Assembly (NCBI GenBank): GCA_964572455.1
Contig: CAZNFL010000007.1
Location: forward strand, 1,672 to 65,671
Length of the DNA: 64,000 nucleotides
Source: an uncultured Anaerolineaceae bacterium
GTDB taxonomy: Bacteria; Chloroflexota; Anaerolineae; Anaerolineales; UBA11579
Direction: 5' to 3'
Positions 59,958 through 64,000 of this stretch are shown here, piece after piece. The translations under genes and the position numbers were made by a program. The notes under the pieces were generated by a model. It was given only the letters and a program-made list of their open reading frames with translations. It was not told where the DNA came from and ran no database searches. Within the stretch, counting starts at the first letter, position 1. The number at the start of each line of letters is the position of its first letter.

Positions 59958-61112
59958 TTATTTCCTTCGCCCGTTCCCTCGCTTCCCCTTCGCTACGCTC
60001 AGGGCGGCGGCTGGGGGCGGGCTCAGGACAGGCTCTTCTCGCAGGATTTGTCTTAACGCGTCAATGGGACGGCGCTTTCCGGTTTCCGGGTCCAAATAAT
60101 ACCAGTGTTGCCAGCCGTTAGCCGGAGCGGCCAGCAGCTGCTTGGCCACCTGGTGGATGGAGCCGCGCAGCCCATTGGCCTTCAGCGAACCATCCGCCAG
60201 GATGCGAGCGCTGAGCCGGCTGCGTTCACCCAGGTATAGGCGCTGGCCGGGTGACAGCAGGCCGGCTTCCAGCAAATTGCCAAATGGGATGCGCGCCTCG
60301 CGGCGGGGTTCGCGCGGGTCGAATAATTCCTGCTCGTAGGCCACCGGCTCGACCTGGTCGATGCGCCGGCGGGCGATCTTGATGTAGGCCTTTTCTTTTT
60401 CAATGCCGACCCACTGGCGGTGCAGGCGCTTGGCCACTGCGCCCGTGGTGCCGGCGCCGAAGAAGGGGTCGAGCACAATATCGCCGGGTGTGCTGCTGGA
60501 TAGCAAGACTCGGTAGAGCAGCGCCTCCGGCTTCTGGGTCGGGTGGGCAGCGCTGCCGTTGGCTTTGCGCAACCGCTCGGCGCCGGAGCTGACCGGCAGC
60601 AGCCAATCGCTGCGCATCTGGAGCCCTTCGTTCAATGCCTTCATGGCGTGGTGGTTGAAGGTGTAGGGCGCCCCCTTTTGTTTTTGGGCCCACAGCAGGG
60701 TCTCGTGGGCGTTGGTGAAGCGCACGCCGCGGAAGTTGGGCGTGGGATTGGTTTTGACCCACACCACCGAATTGAGCAGCCAATAATCCAGGTCTTGCAG
60801 GATGGCGCCGACCCGATGGATGTTGTGATAGCTGCCGATGACCCACAGCGTGCCGCTGGGTTTCAGCACGCGGCGGCAAGCCGCCAGCCAGGCGCGGCTG
60901 AAGTCGTCGTAGGCTTTGAAATCAGCGAAGCGGTCCCAGGCTTCCTGCACGCCGCGCACGCGGGTGTTATTTGGGCGGCGCAGTTCGTTCTGCAATTGCA
61001 GGTTATAGGGCGGGTCGGCGAAGATGAGGTCAACCGAGTTGGCGGGCAAGCCGGCGAGCAGTTCGACGCAATCGCCGTGCAGGATCTGGTTAAGGGGCAA
61101 CCGAGAAGACAT
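59958..61112 (-). CDS. CcrM-like beta-class N6-adenine DNA methyltransferase with C-terminal DNA-binding extension
   Basis: ILHGDCVELL, DLIFADPPYN (motif IV) precedes VLDPFFGAGTTG (motif I), which is the beta-class order. The ~90-aa C-terminal extension RIPFGNLLEAGLLSPGQRLY resembles CcrM. Confidence 0.88.
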   Translation of the reverse strand: MSSRLPLNQILHGDCVELLAGLPANSVDLIFADPPYNLQLQNELRRPNNTRVRGVQEAWDRFADFKAYDDFSRAWLAACRRVLKPSGTLWVIGSYHNIHRVGAILQDLDYWLLNSVVWVKTNPTPNFRGVRFTNAHETLLWAQKQKGAPYTFNHHAMKALNEGLQMRSDWLLPVSSGAERLRKANGSAAHPTQKPEALLYRVLLSSSTPGDIVLDPFFGAGTTGAVAKRLHRQWVGIEKEKAYIKIARRRIDQVEPVAYEQELFDPREPRREARIPFGNLLEAGLLSPGQRLYLGERSRLSARILADGSLKANGLRGSIHQVAKQLLAAPANGWQHWYYLDPETGKRRPIDALRQILREEPVLSPPPAAALSVAKGKRGNGRRK

Positions 61113-61149
61113 AGCGCCCCATTATGGACAAGATGGAGGAATTGTGCTG

Positions 61150-61183
61150 GAAAAATAAAGCCTGGCGAAGTCGCCAGGCTTTA
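61150..61183 (-). terminator. Intrinsic terminator after the large lipoprotein gene
   Basis: Minus strand: AAAGCCTGGCG-actt-CGCCAGGCTTT followed by ATTTTTCC. A CATAAT box (61121-61126) follows, 8 nt before the methyltransferase ATG. Confidence 0.65.
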
Positions 61184-61207
61184 TTCACGTACTCGAAAGT
61201 TGCTCGT

Positions 61208-63373
61208 CTATCCCGGGCCTACGATGGCTTGGATCTCGGGCAGCAGGAACTCTGCTTGCAGGGCCTGCACCAATATCTCGAAGACCTCGCCAGTGCTCCA
61301 GCGCCCTGCAAAACGCCACATCGGTTGAATGTATTCGGCAGCGCCATCTTCGGCAACCGCATTCAGACGCGGATCCTGCATAAAGTACACCAACTCCACC
61401 GTGTCTATGCTGGCGGTCGGCGGCACATAGTCGGGATCCGGTGCTTCGGGTTCATCCGTCACCCACGGCTGGTCGGCGGTGATTTGCATGTCGATGGCCT
61501 GGCCGTTCGCGTTCAGCGCAACGCCGCCGCTAAATATGCGCACGGTGGCAAAACCGCCGATGGTTTCACCGGGAATGAGCAGGCCTTCCAATAGAACTTC
61601 ATCCCCTTGCACACCGATCAGCGAAGTGTCCAGGTAGCCGCCTGGTATCACTTGCACATAAGGCTGGCCGTCGCTAGTGGTGAACAGGATGGCGGGCTTT
61701 TCGTCCACCAGAATTTCCTGTTGGGTGCCGCGCAGGATCTGGAATTGCAAGTCGGGGAAGGGGATCTCGAAACGCTCTACGTCCAGAGTTGCCTGGGCAA
61801 ATTGCTCATCATACGCGCTGATGCTTCCCCAGATATCCACCGGGCGATTATGCAAAGCTTGCAAGACTTCAAGTCCCTCGCCTTGCAAGATCATCGCGTA
61901 GGGATTTGCACCAGTGGAGTACAAAGTGTATTCGATGCGCTGGCTGCCATCTGGTTGGTTGTAAAAGGTCACCGTGACTACGCCGCGCTGGCCCTCAAAG
62001 CGCTGCCCGACCTGTGGGAGCTGCCTGACCTCCTGCGTCGGCAACGGCACCGGTGTGCCGGTCAGGTTGAGCTTGTATAAGCCCAGCCCGCCGCCACCTC
62101 CACCGCCTCCGCCCCCATTCGCCATACGCATGTCGAACGCGTTCCACTCAAACACGTCTCCGCGGGTTACTCCCATGGCGTACACGGATTCCAAGGGCAG
62201 AGGGACATCGCCAGGCACATCTGGCATCAGGAGTTCAGCCTGATCTGTCACCAGAAAAACTTTGTCATCCTTGGCTACCAAAGTTCCAAGCAATCCTTCT
62301 CCGAAGCCGCCATAAACAGACCAGGCTTCCAAGACGAACACATCTACGCCTCCTTCCGTGAGGAACTGGCCGGTGGCTTCGACAAAGGTCTCCGGCATGG
62401 TGGCAGCGATGCCCGCTAGATTACCGGTCGCGGTGTACCCGTCCAAGGTGACTAACGGCTTACCGCCCTCCAGCGAGGGTGTAGAGTTCATATACCCAAA
62501 TATCGTTACCGTTTGCTCTTGCGGGTAGGTACGCACCCAGGCAGAATATATTCCCACTGGTGAAATAAAACCCTCCAACTTCCCAACCTGAAGATTGGGA
62601 TCAAGGAATTTTTGCAAGGCTTCCGCCGGCGGAATGAGCCCGAAGGATCTCACTGGGTCATAACTTATCAAATTAGCTGTCACCGAAGAGATCCCCGATT
62701 CATTGAAGGAAAAAAAGTACCCGCTTGGTGTAAAGTGATTGTGCCGCAGCGGAAAACCGCCGGGCATCAGCGGCAAGGCGAAATAGGATCCGTGGATTTC
62801 AGAATAGTGCAGGTTGTACTCCTCGCCGAAGCCGTAGGCGCGCATGAAGTCCGCAATTTGCTGTTCTGCATCAGCCGGGTGGGCATGGTCCGTGGAGGTC
62901 CAATAGTTGGAATGGTCGGGGTAATAGCTGAAATCGCCATTGGCGCGCACCATTAAGCGGCGGTTACCGTCTACAACCAGAAATCCTCTGGCGCCTGGTA
63001 ACCCACTGAACCCTGCGTAGATTTCGCCGGACATTTCAAGCTGGTCGGCCAGGGCGCGGGCGCTTTCAACTGTGGCCGGCGTTTCCGGCTGCGCCCGGAA
63101 GACGCCAGCTTCGCTGGGGCCTGCGGGCAACGCGGCCGCAAGGGTGAGTGTGGTGCCGCGCCAGTTATAAGTGGTCTGGACGGGTACGTCGCTCTGGGTC
63201 GCAGTTGCCAGCGCGCTGGTCGCTGTGATGGAGGAGGAAAGCGTGGCCGCCGGAGAAGATGTGCAAGCGGAAATGACTGTGGCCAAAAGGATGATCGCGC
63301 CAAAAGTTATGACCATGTGTCGGGACATCATTGAGACTCCTTTATTCGTTATATCTTGTGGGGTGTTCATCAA
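61208..63373 (-). CDS. Large secreted lipoprotein, function unknown, with an internal Gly10 run
   Basis: Signal plus lipobox ILLATVISAC, probable start at 63331. No catalytic motif recognised. Gly10 is encoded at 62087-62116. Confidence 0.6.
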   Translation of the reverse strand: MMNTPQDITNKGVSMMSRHMVITFGAIILLATVISACTSSPAATLSSSITATSALATATQSDVPVQTTYNWRGTTLTLAAALPAGPSEAGVFRAQPETPATVESARALADQLEMSGEIYAGFSGLPGARGFLVVDGNRRLMVRANGDFSYYPDHSNYWTSTDHAHPADAEQQIADFMRAYGFGEEYNLHYSEIHGSYFALPLMPGGFPLRHNHFTPSGYFFSFNESGISSVTANLISYDPVRSFGLIPPAEALQKFLDPNLQVGKLEGFISPVGIYSAWVRTYPQEQTVTIFGYMNSTPSLEGGKPLVTLDGYTATGNLAGIAATMPETFVEATGQFLTEGGVDVFVLEAWSVYGGFGEGLLGTLVAKDDKVFLVTDQAELLMPDVPGDVPLPLESVYAMGVTRGDVFEWNAFDMRMANGGGGGGGGGGLGLYKLNLTGTPVPLPTQEVRQLPQVGQRFEGQRGVVTVTFYNQPDGSQRIEYTLYSTGANPYAMILQGEGLEVLQALHNRPVDIWGSISAYDEQFAQATLDVERFEIPFPDLQFQILRGTQQEILVDEKPAILFTTSDGQPYVQVIPGGYLDTSLIGVQGDEVLLEGLLIPGETIGGFATVRIFSGGVALNANGQAIDMQITADQPWVTDEPEAPDPDYVPPTASIDTVELVYFMQDPRLNAVAEDGAAEYIQPMWRFAGRWSTGEVFEILVQALQAEFLLPEIQAIVGPG

Positions 63374-63451
63374 TCCCCCTTGGCGTAGCGCATACTATAG
63401 CCAGCGCACAAACGTTCGTCAAGCGGCTGCTTAAATTCCAAGTGGGCGTAG

Positions 63452-63509
63452 ATGACACTCCACCATAGTGTGGGAGATTGCCACGCTCGCTACGCTCGCT
63501 CGCAATGAC
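63452..63509. repeat. Inverted-repeat element, variant A, reverse orientation
   Basis: The reverse complement reads GTCATTGCGAGCGAGCGTAGCGAGCGTGGCAATCTCCCACACTATGGTGGAGTGTCAT. Confidence 0.55.
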
Positions 63510-63541
63510 GGAACGAAAAGATGGCTTAGCGTCGTGTTGCC

Positions 63542-64000
63542 TTAAACATTAAACCGCACGTTGATCACATCCCCATCCGCCATTTTGTATTCTTTGCCTT
63601 CCAGGCGCAGGCGGCCTTTGTCGCGGGCGGCGGCCATGCCGCCCAGGTCCAGCAGTTCCTGGCCGGCCACGATCTCGGCGCGGATGAAGCCGCGGGCGAT
63701 ATCGGAGTGGATGGTTCCAGCCGCATCCAGGGCGCTCTCGCCGCGGTGCAGCATCCAGGCATGCGCTTCAGGCTCGCCCACCGTGTAGAAGGTTTGCGTG
63801 TTGAGCAGGTCATAGGCGGCGCGGATCACGCGGCGGGCGCCGCTTTCCTGCAGGCCGTATTCGGCGAGGAAGGCCTGCGCCTCTTCGGGCGGCAACTGGG
63901 CCAGTTCCATTTCGAGTTTGCCCTGCAGTGTGAGCAGAGGCGCTTGGGTGCCGGGGAGCGCGGGAGCGGGTTGACCTTCAGCTAGGTTGACGACGACCAG
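63542..64000 (-). CDS. ychF: Ribosome-binding ATPase YchF, C-terminal part (5' end outside the window)
   Basis: ..VVVNLAE...KLEMELAQL..EEA..FL...GL.ESG..R.I...Y.LL...TF.T.G..E..AW....G..A..AAG.IHSD..RGFIRAE..........G......GK.RLEGK.Y...DGDV...RFNV. The frame is open to the window edge. Confidence 0.85.
   Translation of the reverse strand: MVVVNLAEGQPAPALPGTQAPLLTLQGKLEMELAQLPPEEAQAFLAEYGLQESGARRVIRAAYDLLNTQTFYTVGEPEAHAWMLHRGESALDAAGTIHSDIARGFIRAEIVAGQELLDLGGMAAARDKGRLRLEGKEYKMADGDVINVRFNV

Noticed and set aside
1-64000. CRISPR arrays, rRNA genes, transposases, integrases, prophage structural genes
   Set aside because: I looked for regularly spaced direct repeats and the usual catalytic motifs and found none. 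The repeated elements present are dispersed single units, not arrays with spacers.

Overview
High-GC (about 60% by eye, not computed) bacterial chromosomal segment, densely coding with about 60 CDS, most on the minus strand. Most genes are housekeeping: mutS2, a spoVS-like gene, two deoxynucleoside kinases, dnaN, gdhA, gatB, a gatC-gatA operon, pdxS/pdxT, gmk, tmk, pepF, a CcrM-like methyltransferase and a partial ychF. Others are a cupredoxin-fused copper nitrite reductase, an archaeal-style polyamine operon (DHS-like/pdaD/speB), two crotonases, several secreted proteases and lipoproteins, and a GntR-SPFH-CPBP-ABC cluster. Gene content fits a Chloroflexota-like organism, but that is inference only. 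There is one tRNA (Arg-CCU-like). I saw no rRNA, CRISPR array, transposase or integrase. Main second-look items: (1) An AT-rich islet at 25.7-27.5 kb abuts the 3' end of the tRNA. It carries a tightly coupled cassette of a zinc-ribbon/OB-like protein, a stand-alone J-domain protein, a JAMM/MPN+ peptidase and a DUF4236-like protein. This combination matches no named system I know, and as written it has an in-frame TGA and at least one frameshift. (2) A 402-bp intergenic region at 20.8-21.2 kb has an AT-rich block plus two perfect and three near-consensus DnaA boxes (candidate oriC or DnaA-regulated site). (3) Two single-gene AT-rich insertions are present: an EVE-like/nuclease-like fusion (candidate modification-dependent restriction enzyme) and an Rx4H (HEPN-like) orphan. 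(4) Several families of short intergenic elements recur: GTCATT...TGAC inverted-repeat elements, TTAATC arrays and a GTTTCACGTGAAACCT-plus-hairpin module. (5) TATAAT-N6-ATG arrangements suggest leaderless transcripts. All functional calls come from reading motifs in the translations; no database search was possible.
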